In this document: in pieces, positions 42,644 to 56,323 of the stretch | Numbering within the stretch: the stretch's first letter is position 1 | Layout of the letters: every line of letters begins with the position of its first letter | Assembly: GCF_006345805.1 (NCBI RefSeq) | Contig: NC_043023.1 | Location: forward strand, 12,710,001 to 12,774,000 | Length of the DNA: 64,000 nucleotides | Origin: Octopus sinensis | Lineage: Eukaryota | Direction: 5' to 3' | Made by a program: the position numbers and the translations under genes | Notes under the pieces: generated by a model | Databases searched by the model: none | What the model saw: only the letters and a program-made list of their open reading frames with translations | Told to the model about the DNA's origin: nothing

Positions 42644-43485
42644 AAGACCCGGCAAGACCAGTGAGAACAGTCAAAATCAAAGCAAATCAATTCATATATC
42701 AGAAAGCAGAACCAAATTGAGGTCGATCAACATCAGTGGGAATTGCAGCTGTGGTTAAGCGAACCATCCGATCGTGGTCGTTTCCCGCGCCGCACCGTCA
42801 AGCCTCCGTGTCGGTGGCACATAAAAGCACCACCCGTTCGTGTCCATTGCCAGCCTCACCTGGCCCCCGTGCCGGTGACATGTAAAAGCACCATCCGTTC
42901 GTGGCCGTGTGCCAGCTCTGCCTGGTCCCCGTGTCGGTGGGAGGTAAATGCACCACCCGTTCGCGTCCGTTACCAGCCTTGTCTGGCCCCGTGCCGGTGA
43001 CACGTAAAAGCACCACCCGCTCGTGTCCGTTGCCAGCCTCACCTGGCCCTCGTGCCGGTGACACGTTAAAGCTCCATCTGTTCGTGGCCGTGTGCCAGCT
43101 CTGCCTAGTTCCCGTGTCGGTGGCACGTAAATGCACCACCCGTTCGTGTCCGTTGGCAGCCTCGCCTGGACCCCATGCCGCTGACACGTAAAAGCACCAT
43201 CCGTTCGTGGCCGTTTGCCAGCTCTGTCTGGCCCCCATGTCGGTGGCACGTAAATGCACCATCCGTTCGTGACCGTTTGCCAGCAATGTCTGGCACCTGT
43301 GCGGGTGGCACGTAAAAAGCACCCACTACACTCACGGAGTGGTTGGCATTAGGAAGGGCATCCAGCCGTAGAACCACTGCCAGATCTGACTGGGCTTGAT
43401 GAAGCCTTCTAGCTTCACAGACCCCAGTTGAACCGTCCAACACATGCTAGCATGGAAAGCGGACGCTAAATGATGATGATGATGA
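42644..43485 (+). mobile_element. Second RTE-tail insertion with 9 subrepeats of about 61 bp
   Basis: Same site as 34625. GCACC motifs at 42827, 42888 and onward to about 43320. Confidence 0.85.
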
Positions 43486-43964
43486 ATCTTTCTAATTTTT
43501 TGCAGATTGAAGAATTATCTTTTAAATCTGTAGGTCAAAAGGTAAAAATCCCAGCGCTTCTCTCTTTCCTTTCGTAATTGTGCATTATGTTGGGAGCGGG
43601 GCCATCTTTTCCCTCCCCGTTGTCATTGGAAGAATTAATCAACCTTCGAATATCGAACACACGACACTACATTCCATCCACTGACGGTTCTCTCAAAGTA
43701 GCAACTTAATTATACATGAGAGAAAATAGATCACTGTGATCATCATCATCATCATTGTTTAACGTCCGATTTCCATTCTAGCATGGGTCGCACGATTTGA
43801 TTGAGGACTGGCGAACCAGGAGGCAGCACCAGGCTCCAATCTGATCTGGCAGAGTTTCTACAGCTGGATGCCCTTCCTAACACCAACCAGCTGCAGAAAC
43901 TCTACCAGATCAGATTGGAGCCTGGTGCTGCCATCTGGTTCGCCAGCTGTTCTCTGGGAATAAT

Positions 43965-44674
43965 GGGGATCTTTTCGGTTTGAACGGCAGGTTTTTAAAT
44001 CTCTAGGTAACTAAAAAATTTTAAACTTCATATACAGATAGAATGTATTTATAAAGCATCTTTTTCTTTGGCTTTATTGAGAAAATTCTGTAGTTTGTAA
44101 CATCTTTGTTGTTTTTTTCTGCACTTTCAACCAATCAATGATGTCTATTGAGTTAAAAAAACATTATGTTGCCTTATGAATATGTCCCTCGTTTAAGAAA
44201 CAGATTGGGTTTATTTACATTTTTGAAGAAAAAATGATACCCTTCCCCACCCCTAACCTTAACACATTGAAATGCAATAGATCGATCCTAGGGTCATAAT
44301 TATGGGTGACAATTACATATGACACCGCTACAAAAACTGCCGGTCAAACCGAAAAGACCCTTTTTTTTTTACACAAGGTAAATAATAAGGCGATGCTTTG
44401 ATATATAAATACACACGTGACTTTGTTTACATTTGCGAAGATAACAGAAAGCCTTTTCTCCCCCACTTCTAACCCTAACACGTGGACATTCTTTTAAAAA
44501 ACTGCCGGTCAAACCGAAAGGATTCCAAATATCTTACAAACTATAGAATTTTCTCAATAAAGCCAAGAGAAAAAGATGTTTTTATAAACACATTCTACAA
44601 GTATACGAAGTTTAAAAGTGTTTAGTTACGTGGAAATTATTTTCAAAAACTGCCGGTCAAACCGAAAGATCCCC
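43965..44674. mobile_element. MITE-1 copy
   Basis: Termini as in 2193-3008. Confidence 0.75.
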
Positions 44675-44731
44675 AAAAGGTATCCAAGCATTGTTCTTTA
44701 GATGAGAGAGAAGTGTGAAGGAAGGACAATG

Positions 44732-44889
44732 ATTGGACAGGAGAGAAAATGACGTCAGAAACGGATCGGAAGTGCAACGGCCTGACGTCACATCAGGAAG
44801 ATATAAGTCAAAGATGCCTTCTTTCTTTCGGTGTCTGCGACGGGGTCCAGTTCGTGCGCTGGAACGGTCGTAGATTAGAATATGTGAGT
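44732..44889 (+). promoter_or_regulatory. ZF-6 promoter, exon 1 and donor
   Basis: TGACGTCA 44750-44757, donor GTGAGT at 44884. Confidence 0.72.
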
Positions 44890-46345
44890 GTATATATTCT
44901 ATATTACCTTGAAGGTAAAATCGTTGACAGAATGGGACAAAGAAGACACAGGAACGAAACGAACCAGTCATAGAAAATTGAAGAACTATAACCATATAAA
45001 GGGATATAACTTTCCTTAATTAATTAATTAAGGTGCTTAATTAACGATCGCTGACTCGTTGTTTGTATCTGAATACGGTAAGTTGACAAAGATTTATTTT
45101 AAGGCTGTAATGATGATGATAATACCATTAATGATAAGGTACTACTAGCGAACAGAGCTTGCTATCGTAAGTAGTCGATCCTACAATTTTTAAAACGAAG
45201 TAAATACATTATTTTTGTAAACAAACTAAGGTTAGGGTTAAAAAGTCGTAGGATCGACTACATACGACTAGCTTGCACGAATGCGCGAGTGCGCGCACCT
45301 GGACCACTGTTCGCTAGTAGTACCTCGCACCTCTCCAGGATAATGACGCTTACTTGTGAGAAAAAGTTAGGAAATGGGAAATGTATCCAGAATACATAAA
45401 GTATGGAGGAAATTAGAAAGATTAATCTATTTTTTAAATATTTTATACTAAAAAATAAAATACGGAGAACGGGCACTCGCGAATATAAACAAACATATAA
45501 GGGTACTATTAAGCGTGTCGTGACTAGTCAATCCTTACTTTGCATTTTTGCTTTATTTACTTTGTTTTAAAAAAATGATCGAAACTTCGGTATAGGTACC
45601 GGAATTACCAGATACATTTCAAGATAGTGTATTTTTTTATTCTATATGGGGGGTTATGGTTAAGGTTTGTGTTAGGGGTGGGAGAGAAGGGTTTCTGTTG
45701 TCTTCAGAAATGTAAACAAAGCCACTCACGGTACTTATACCGAAGGATCACCAAAAAATTATTTATTTTGTGTTTTATTTACTTTGCTAGATAGTCGTTG
45801 TAGGATCGACTAGTCACTACAAACTAGCGCGAGTGCGCGCACCAGGACCACTCTTTTTAAATCGTACCAGAGAAAATTTGAACGATTAATCTATTTTTTA
45901 AACTATTTTATACTAAAAAATAAAATACGCAGAACAGGCACTCGCGAATATAAACAAACATGTATGTACGTATACGTATGTATTTATGCATATATATGTA
46001 TTATTATATATACATATATGTGTGTGTGTAAGGGTGAAAGAAATTGAATATTAATTAATAACATCAATTTCGTATGGAGTTTGGCGTTTGGTTCAGCAAA
46101 TTATGTTTTTGATATACTCTACCGATGATTCGAAAATGATTTGTAAGTAAAATTACACAATCTATTAACGATGAAACAATTGTATAGAGTTAATCCATTT
46201 TTTCGTTATTTTTCATTTGTCCTGCCCGCTTATGTTCTTGGCATGTTGAATTAATGCTTGAGAACAATTCTTTAGTGGCGGATTCCCTTTGCGGATCTAT
46301 TTCTAGCGTTAGAGTGACCACATGTGGTCCTTCTCTTATTACTTG

Positions 46346-46398
<53 letters not shown>

Positions 46399-47372
46399 AT
46401 ACAAATATATTTGCAGTGAATCTTGCACGCATGAAGTAGATTGGATCCACCATAGCCAAAATTTTAATTAACACTTCACCAAAATTTTTCCCACGGCAGA
46501 ACAATAGAGAAATCTCTATACAGAATGTTGTAAAAGTTTCAATGCCTCAATGGATTCTGACCCCTGCAAACATGGACATTAAATGGATGACAGTGTTGAT
46601 GTTGTAAGATTTGCAATGTTGAATTACTATGTCGTTTAATGATTCTCTTTATCTCACTGCTTCTTTTTTTTTCTATTTCAGAATATAACATCCTGTTGAT
46701 ATGAAAGAAATTACTTCATTCAGATGTGCCTCTGATATTTTATCAGCTCCCATCAACCAAAGGAAGATGATATATTTATAAGGAGCATTCATCAATACCT
46801 CAAACTCATCTTATAAAGGAAATCTGTGAAAAACAACAGCAAAATATTTCTTCTGGACGATGGAATTAACAGCAACAATTTGAAGTCTTTGCTGTCTGGA
46901 ATATAGAGGAGATGATTGTTTTACAGGTTAATTAAGCTTGGATGACTTTACAAAGGGTAGACAATTGTCACCTCTTGATTTAGATATTAAGCAAAATCAC
47001 AGATGAAAGAAGCATAGCATTAAATTATTCTCTGAAAATAGCAACACAAATATATTCATAGAAATGAATTTTTTTCCTATTTCATAATATCATACCATGT
47101 TGATTTAAAAGAAATTTCTTCATTCAGATGTGTGTCTGATATTTTTATTGACTTTCATCAATTAAATGAAGACCATATATTCATAAGGCACGTTCATCAA
47201 AAGATCAACTTCTTTATATATAAAAAATCTTGGACAAACTATGGGGAAATATTTCTTCTGGATGATGGAATTAAGAGCAACATTTTTTTGCCATCTGGAA
47301 TGTAGAGATGATGATGAACCTACAGGTTAAGTTTGAGTAACTTTACGAAAGAGTTAACCAATTTATATCTTC

Positions 47373-48245
47373 TGTTTGTGCAGGTCACTACTGTGAGAGA
47401 ATGATTTACCACAGATATTACAATGATATGGCTTCTCTCCTGTATGAATACGTTTGTGACTGATCAAATTGCTATTATCAGAAAATGTCTTACCACAGAT
47501 ATCACAGTGATATGGTTTTTCCCCAGTATGTATACGTTTGTGTTTAGGTAAGTCACTACTGTAAGTGAATGATTTACCACAGATATTACAACAATATGGC
47601 TTCTCTCCTATATGAATACGTAGGTGTCTGGTTAAATGGCTATTTTCAGAGAATGATTCACCACAGATATCACATTGATATTGCTTCTCTCCTGTATGAG
47701 TACGTTTGTGCCCTTTTAAAGAAGAAGGCTGAGAAAATGATTTGCCACAGATATCACACTGATATGGCTTCTCTCCTGTATGAATACATTTGTGCCCTTT
47801 TAAAGAAGAAGGCTGAGAAAATGATTTACCACAGATATCACAATTGTATGGCTTCTCTCCTGTATGAATACGTTTGTGATCAGTTAAAATGTTACTTCTA
47901 GAAAATGATTCACCACAGATATCAGATTGATATGGCTTCCCACCTGTATGAATATGTTTGTGCCTTTTTAAAGAAGAAGGCTCAGAAAATGATTTGCCAC
48001 AGATATCACACTCATATGGCTTCTCTCCTGTATGAGTACGTTTGTGCCCTTTTAAAGAAGAAGGCTGAGAAAATGATTTACCACAGATATCACAATGGTA
48101 TGGCTTCTCTCCTGTATGAATACGTTTGTGATCAGTTAAAATGTTACTTCTAGAAAATGATTTACCACAGATATTACAATGATGGGGCTTTCCTCCTGTA
48201 TGAGTACGTTTGTGTTTAGGTAAATCAGCACTTCGAGAAAATGAT
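47373..48245 (-). pseudogene. Inverted C2H2 finger array (about 10 fingers, open frame, no ATG) inserted in the ZF-6 leader
   Basis: Minus strand reads without frameshift or stop: helices [87 protein letters not shown]. Flanked by a 70-bp direct duplication (47308-47377 and 48241-48310). Confidence 0.93.
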
Positions 48246-48425
48246 GATGAACCTACAGGTTAAGTTTGAGTAACTTTACAAAAGAGTTAACCAATTTATA
48301 TCTTCTGTTTTAGATATTAAGCAAGATCACCAATGAAAGTAACATAACATTTAATTATTCTCTGATGCATTTGAACACAAATATTCATAGAAATGAAACA
48401 GATACTATCATTGTGATATGTATAA

Positions 48426-49070
<645 letters not shown>

Positions 49071-49096
49071 TTGTATCAATATCCAAATTTATTACA

Positions 49097-49758
49097 ACCT
49101 GGCAGGACAAGTGAGACCATAACCCATGGCCTCTACCTGGGATGTAGCCAGTCCACTTTTGCATACCTTACTTTCTTGAGACACAAAACTCTACTTGTGA
49201 AGACCTGTTGAGTCAAGTGAGAATCAGAAATAGAATGAAAATCAATTAACATCAATGGAAATTGTAGCTGAGATACCAGTGCTGGTGGCACGTAAAAAGC
49301 ACCATCCAATCGGTGCCGCTGGCAGCCTCCCCTGGCACCTGTGCCAGTGGCATGTAAAAAGCACCATCTGATCGTGGCCATTGCCAGCCTCGCCTGGCTC
49401 CCATGCTGGTGGCACATAAAAAGCAACGAGCGATCTTGGCCGATGCCAGCGCCCCTTGGCACGTAAAAAGCACCATCCGATCTTGGCCATTGCCATCCTT
49501 GCCTGGCTTCCGTGCCGGTGGCACGTAAAAAGCATCGACCGATCGTGGCCGCTGCCTGCCACTCCTGGCCCCTGTGCCGGTGGCATGTAAAAAGCATCCA
49601 CTGCACTCACAGAGTGGTTGGCGTTTAAGAAGGGCATCCAGCTGCAGAAACACTGCCAGATCAGACTGCAACCTGGTTCAGCCTCCTGGCTTCCCAGACC
49701 CCAGTCAACCGTCCAACCCATGCTAGCAGGGAAAACAGATGTTATACAATGATGATGA
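49097..49758 (+). mobile_element. RTE-LINE 3' UTR element after ZF-6 (type A, extra subrepeats)
   Basis: Paralog of 14053-14608. Confidence 0.78.
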
Positions 49759-49870
49759 GGAGGATTCTCTACAGTTTCCTGTGACAGACAGCTCTTCTTT
49801 TGTGTACTGGACATTTTCAATGTTTTGTTATTAAACATTTTGTAAAATATAAATTTTTTGTGCATGCTTA

Positions 49871-50267
49871 TTCTCTCTTTCTCTTTCTCTTTTACTTGTT
49901 TCAGTCGTTTGACTGTGGCCATGCTGGAGCACCGCCTTTAATGCAGCATCTCGACCCCGGGACTTATTCTTTGTAAGCCCAGTACTTATTCTATCGGTCT
50001 CTTTTGCCGAACTGCTAAGTGACGGGGACATAAACACACCAGCATCGATTGTCAAGCAATGCTAGGGGGACAAACACAATCACATTCATATATATACATC
50101 TATACAACAGGCTTCTTTCAGTTTCCGTCTACCAAATCCACTCACAAGGCATTGGTCGGCCTGAGGCTATAGTAGAAGATACTTACCCAAGGTGACACGC
50201 AATGGGACTGAATCCAGAACCATGTGGCTGGTAAGCAAGCTACTTACCACACAGCCACTCCTGCACC
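49871..50267 (-). mobile_element. Octopus tRNA/CORE-type SINE
   Basis: Paralog of 14722-15115. Confidence 0.82.
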
Positions 50268-51094
50268 TATATGTATATTGTGATTACATTTTCTTTTGAG
50301 TTGTCATATTTTGTGCCACATCTTCTGGGTAATCGGTAGCCATCTTATTTCTGGTGCCACTACAATCTTTCTATTTTCAAGCCCCGCACTCAAGGGGAAG
50401 CCGTGTAGTGACACCTGGTCCCTGAAGCCATTTTAGGATTTTCATCCACGCATGCGCAGGGGTAAGAGCCTGCCGGAAGCCCCTTATGCACATGTGCAGT
50501 CATCAGCATCAGCTAAGCTTGACCGCTGTCCCCTCTCTCTCTTCGCCCCTGCTTCCAACCAAGCCGGACGCAACTTGACCAGCTCAGTGTGGCTGGAATT
50601 CTGAAGGCGATCCATGACTTCAGTGAATCTATGAAGTATGCCTTCACAATCGTGATTAAACTGTCTCTGCTGCTTCCGCACCAAGGCGACCTAGCTACTG
50701 ATTGTCCAGAGATGTAACGCTTGTACAGACAGAAAAATAGATATTGTTATTTGTTCAGAGATCCTTGTTCTATTGATTTTTTAATGGCTTTGCAGGGTGA
50801 CTGGGGAAATGTAAAGATGTGCACGACCACCCTTGGACGGTTTTGAATGACCATAGAAAGTGCGAGCCCTCTAACTGAAAAATTGTGGATTTGTATAAAA
50901 GACACACACACAGACATTTTGCCGTTTATATATATATTTAATGGCTTTGCGGGGTGACTGGGGAAATGTAAAGATGTGCACGACCACTCTTGGACGGTTT
51001 TGAATGACCATAGAAAGTGCGAGCCCTCTAACTGAAAAATTGTGGATTTGTTTAAAGGACAGGCACACACAGACAGACATTTGGCCATTTATAT

Positions 51095-52093
51095 TGTTAT
51101 GGTTTGGCTAGTGCAGTATTTCTTGACCCACTTTTTGGGAGTGGCGCCGGCACGTCTGGAAGAAAAGCAACAGCCCTTTGTTTACTGGAAGAGTAATGGC
51201 TTTTTTGGAGGGACCTTTTGGCCTTGTGCGGTCGATTGGGGGTCAGAGAGATGTGAGGGGGCCGAGGAAGAGGAAAGTAGTGAGAAAGATAGAGTAAGGG
51301 CTGAGAGCAGATAGAGAGAGTATAAGGCTAAGAGACAGATTGAGGATAGAGATAGGTAGTTAGGGCTGAGAGCAGATAGAGAGGATATTAGCAGTGAGAG
51401 AGGATGAGGGGCAGAGGAAGACAGGCAGAGAGTAGCAGAGCTAGGGTAGTGGCAAGGACAGAGCAAGTGAGGTTTTGCACTGTCGGATTTTGGAAGTCAG
51501 AGGAAGCGGTTGGGATGCGAGAGCTTGGCAGGTTGGAGCTAGCAGCGCAAAAAGGGATATATACAGAGGAATAGGCGACAGAGAGAGAGAAACTACAATA
51601 TGGGACACTGGCTATTCTAATCAGGAATTAAGGTATTTAATTGTATTGATACGTGCTACGATGTAAAGAGACTGTAGATGGAAAAAAAGAATTGGTGTAT
51701 TGAACAGTGAAATGAACAATGTGAATTGTGTAAAGACATTTGTACAGTGTTGTGATTTGAACATTGTATAATGTCCTTCGAACTGTATATGACTTGTTGT
51801 GTCGTTACCGGACTGTTATATTGTTACTTGCATGTTTAAATGCTTTGATCTGTTGTATACCTGTATTGATTTGTTGTTTCCTTTAAATGCTTTGATGTTG
51901 TAACAATTAATTGTCATAAACTAGTTGTTAAATGTAAGCCAGTTGTTGCCTTGCAGTTTTGTGTCTCTCTCGGTTGCCTCTGTGTCTCTCTGTGCTGAAG
52001 TTACAGTTGATGTTGTTGTTCTATCTCTCCTCTCTCTGGGTTCCGTGGCAAACCTGCCCGTTCGGGCGAGCGGCGACGGGTGTTTCCGTAAGA
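51095..52093. mobile_element. Solo LTR (999 bp), probably Gypsy-type
   Basis: TGTTATGG...CCGTAAGA termini (one change from CCGTAACA), 4-bp ATAT TSD (51091-51094 and 52094-52097), absent from all other units. Confidence 0.72.
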
Positions 52094-52226
52094 ATATATA
52101 TAGAGATGTTGATGTAATTCAGCCTAAGGAGACATCTACAGCTGGCTACACGACATGATCTGTTTATATTCGCGAGTGCCCGTTCTCCATATTTTATTTG
52201 TTAGTATAAAATACTTTTAAAAATGG

Positions 52227-52833
52227 AAGACTTAGCAACACCAGTGAGAACAGTCAAAATCAAAATCAAACCAAATCAATTCATATATCAGAAAGCAGAA
52301 CCAAATTGAGGTCGATCAACATCAGTGGGAATTGCAGCTGTGGTTAAGCGAACCATCCGATCGTGGTCGTTTCCGGCGCCGCACCGTCTAGCCTCCGTGT
52401 CGGTGACACGTAAAGCACCACCCATTCGTGTCCGTTGCCAGCCTCACCTGGCCCCTGTGCCAGTGACACGTAGAAGCACCATCCGTTCTTGGCCGTGTGC
52501 CAGCTCTGCCTGGTCCCCGTGTCGGTGGGACGTAAAAGCACCACCCGTTCATGTCTGTTGCCAGCCTAGTCTGGCCCTGTGCCGGTGACACGTAAAAGCA
52601 CCATCCGTTCGTGGCCGTTTGCCAGCTCTGTCTGGCCCTTGTGCGGGTGGCGCGTAAAAAGCACCCACTACACTCACGGAGTGAATGCTGTTAGGAAGGG
52701 CATCCAGCCATAGAAACACTGCCAGATCTAATTGGGCTTGATGAAGCCTTCTAGCTTCACAGACCCCAGTTGAACCGTCCAACCCATGCTAGCATGGAAA
52801 ACGGACGCTAAATGATGATGATGATGATGATGA
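52227..52833 (+). mobile_element. Second RTE-tail insertion with 5 subrepeats
   Basis: Same site as 34625 and 42644. Confidence 0.82.
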
Positions 52834-53308
52834 ATCTTCCTAATTTTCTGCAGATTTAAGAATTGTTTTAAATCTGTAGGTCAAAAGGTAAAAATCCCAG
52901 CGCTACTCTATTTCCTTTCGTAATTGTGCATTATGTTGAGAGCGGCGCCATCTTTTCCCTCCCCGTTGTCATGGAAGAATTAATCAACCTTCGAATATCG
53001 AACACAAGACACTACATTCCATCCACTGACGGTTCTCTCAAAGTAGCAACTTAATTATACATGAGAGAAAATTGATCACTGTGATCATCATCATCATCAT
53101 CGTTTAACGTCCAATTTCCATTCTAGCATGGGTTGTACGATTTGATTGAGGACTGGCGAACCAGGAAGCTGCACCAGGCTCCAATCTGATCTGGCAGAGT
53201 TTCTACAGCTGGATGCCCTCCTAACACCAACCAGCTGTAGAAACTCTACCAGATCAGAATGAAGCCTGGTGCTGCCATCTGGTTCGCCAACTATTCTCTG
53301 GGAATAAT

Positions 53309-54024
53309 GGAGATCTTTTCGGTTTGAACGGCAGGTTTTTAAATTTCTAGGTAACTAAAAGAACTTTAAACTTCGTATACAGATAGAATGTATTTATAAA
53401 GCATCCTTTTCCTTGGCTTTATTGAGAAAATTCTGTAGTTTGTAACATATTTGTTGTTTTTTTTCTGCAATTTCAACCAATCAAGGACGTCTATTGAGGT
53501 AAAAAAAAAACATTATGTGCCTTATGAATATGTCCTTCGTTTAAGAAACAGATTGGGATTATTTACATTTTTGAAGAAAAAAAAGATGCCCTTTCCCCAC
53601 CCCTAACCCTAACAAAGATTGAAATGCAATAGATCGATACTAGGGTCATAATTATGGGTGACAATTTCATATGACACCGCTACAAAAAACTGCCGGTCAA
53701 ACCGAAAAGATCCTTTTTTTTACACAAAGTAAATAATAAGGCGATGCTTCGATATATAAGTACACACGTGACTTTGTTTACATTTGCGAAGATAACAGAA
53801 AGCCTTTTCTCCCCACTTCTAACCCTAACACGTGGAAATTATTAAAAAAAACTGCCGTTCAAACCGAAAAGATCCCAAATATCTTACAAACTATAGAATT
53901 TTCTCAATAAAGCCAAGAGAAACAGATGTTTTATAAACACATTCTACCAGTATACGAAGTTTAAAAGTGTTTAGTTACGTGGAAATTATTTTCAAAAACT
54001 GCCGGTCAAACCGAAAAGATCCCC
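53309..54024. mobile_element. MITE-1 copy
   Basis: Termini as in 2193-3008. Confidence 0.75.
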
Positions 54025-54081
54025 AAAAGGTATCCAAGCATTGTTCTTTAGATGAGAGAGAAGTGTGAAGGAAGGACAATG

Positions 54082-54240
54082 ATTGGACAGGAGAGAAAAT
54101 GACGTCAGAAACGGATGGGAAGTGCAACGGCCTGACGTCACATCAGGAAGATATAAGTCAAAGATGCCTTCTTTCTTTCGGTGTCTGCGACGGGGTCCAG
54201 TTCGTGCGCTGGAAACGGTCGTAGATTAGAATATGTGAGT
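54082..54240 (+). promoter_or_regulatory. ZF-7 promoter, exon 1 and donor
   Basis: TGACGTCA 54100-54107, ETS variant GGGAAGTG, donor GTGAGT at 54235. Confidence 0.7.
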
Positions 54241-54876
54241 GTATATATTCTATATTACCTCGATGGTAAAATCGTTGACAGAATGGGACAAAGAAGACAC
54301 CGGAACGAAACGAACCAGTCATAGAAAATTGAAGAACTATAACCATATAAAGGGATATAACTTTCCTTAATTAATTAATTAAGGTGCTTAATTAACGATC
54401 GTTGACTCGTTGTTTGTGTCTGAATACGGTAAGTTGACAAAGATTTATTTTAAGGCTGTAATGATGATGATAATACCAATAATAATAAGGTACTACTTGC
54501 GAACAGTGGTCCCGGTGCGTGCACTCGCGTATCCGCGCTTGCTAGTCGTAAGTAGTCGATCCTACAATCTTTAAAACTAAGTAAATACATTATTTTTGTT
54601 AACAAACTAAGGTTAGGGTTAAAAAGTCGTAGGATCGACTACATACGACTAGCTAGCACGGATGCGCGCACCTGGACCACTGTTCGCTAGTAGTACCGCG
54701 CACCTCTCCAAGATAATGACGCTTACTTGTGAGAAAAAGTTAGGAAATGGGAAATATATCCAGAATACATAAAGTATGGAGAAAATTAGAAAGATTAATC
54801 TATTTTTTAAATATTTTATACTAAAAAATAAAATACGGAGAACGGGCACTCGCGAATATAAACAAACTTATAAGGG

Positions 54877-55152
54877 TGTAAGAGTTAGCAGTTCCTTCTC
54901 TAAGCTTGGATTCGAAATCGAATCCAAGAATCATCGGTCGTCAAATACCAATGCATGTATAGGCGCGAAATTAAGAATCCCTTTGTTCTGACAAAAACTG
55001 ATTGATCATCTCCCTTTGACCTCCGACCTGAGCAATGTCAGGACAAAGGGATTCCTTATTTCGCGCCTATACATGCATTGGTATTTGACGACCGATGATT
55101 CTTGGACTCGATTTCGAATCCAAGCTTAGAGAAGGAACTGCTAACTCTTACA
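54877..55152. mobile_element. 276-bp Ginger-like MITE (second copy, same site)
   Basis: TGT...ACA termini, AGGG TSD, near-identical to 37157-37432. Confidence 0.8.
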
Positions 55153-55419
55153 AGGGTACTATTAAGAAGAGAGGTCCCGGTGCGCAATTCTGCAGTAGCT
55201 AGTCGTGACTAGTCGATCCTTTCTTTGTACTTTTGTTTTATTTACTTTGTTTTAAAAAAATTATATTCTTTGTTTGAAAAAATGAGCGTAACTTCGGTAT
55301 AGGTACCGGAAGTACCAGATACATTTCAAGAAAGTGTCTTTTTTTCTTATATATGGGGGCGTTATGGTTAAGGTTTGTGTTAGGGGTGGGAGGGTTAATA
55401 TCTAGATCCGCACCCGGTG

Positions 55420-55945
55420 GAAAAAATGGAAACGCAAATGTGTAACAGTTGTAAGGCATCGTATATTGACGTAATAAGACGGAAAAAAGGGGCGCTGACG
55501 AACGGGGGTGGGGGGGGGGGGGGGGAAATTCCCAGGATCAACCTGGAATCTAAAATGTGTAACAGTTGTAAGGCATCGTATATTGACGGAATAAGACGTA
55601 AAAAAAGGGCGCTGACGAACGGGGGTGGGGGGGGGTCGGAAAATTCCCAGGATCAACCGTAGAGGATCCACGCCCAGGTGGCAAAAATGGAAAAAAATAT
55701 GTGTAAGAGGTGTAAGGCATCGTATATTGAAGGAATATGACGAAAAAAAAGCGCGCTGACAAACGGGGGGGGGGGGGGAGGGCGCTCGGAAAATTCCCAG
55801 GATCAACCGTAGAGGATCCACGCCCAGGTGGCAAAAATGGAAAAAAATATGTGTAAGAGGTGTAAGGCATCGTATATTGAAGGAATATGACGAAAAAAAA
55901 GCGCGCTGACAAACGGGGGGGGGGGGAGGGCGCTCGGAAAATTGC
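55420..55945. repeat. Merlin subterminal G-rich tandem repeats (4 copies left; 3 inverted copies at about 58220-58600)
   Basis: About 120-150 bp unit TGTGTAA..G.TGTAAGGCATCGTATATTGA...(G)n...GAAA.TTCCCAGGATCAACC. Confidence 0.9.
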
Positions 55946-56025
55946 CTACGATTTAAAGAAAAATTTACCATCAATTTTCACCATTTAAACGCATTGTTGG
56001 CATAAGGGAAGTAACTCTCTAAAAA

Positions 56026-56323
56026 TCTCTATATATAAACGGCAGTTTTTCTGTGTGTCTGTCAGGTTGTACCCTCACCCTGACCACGGCTTTCAACCGA
56101 TTCTGATGAAACTTGACACACACATAACCCAATGTCATAATTCAAAACTAACGCAGCGAAAATTTTGAAAAGTTCCCCCAGTTCTGAAAAATATCGATAA
56201 ATTCGACATGGGGTCGAGAATTTCAATTTTTTTGCTATTTTCAATATTCTTCAATATTTTTGCTAAAAATGCTTTATAGTTATTTCCCTTACAAACCCGA
56301 GCAACGCCGGGCGATACTGCTAG
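56026..56323 (+). mobile_element. Non-autonomous Helitron nested in the left Merlin TIR
   Basis: A|TC 5' end, subterminal hairpin CCCGAGCAACGCCGGG, CTAG|T 3' end (56320-56324). Confidence 0.82.

Noticed and set aside
42743-43443. Regular 61-bp repeats with hairpins resembling a CRISPR array, and long repetitive ORFs
   Set aside because: No unique spacers and no cas genes, in a eukaryotic context. It is a tandem subrepeat of an RTE 3' UTR.
51042-52158. Short ORFs within the solo LTR
   Set aside because: Low-complexity GA/TG-rich translations with no gag, pol or env motifs.
55402-55974. Proline-rich 190-aa ORF and related ORFs in the Merlin arms
   Set aside because: Translations of G/C-run subterminal repeats.
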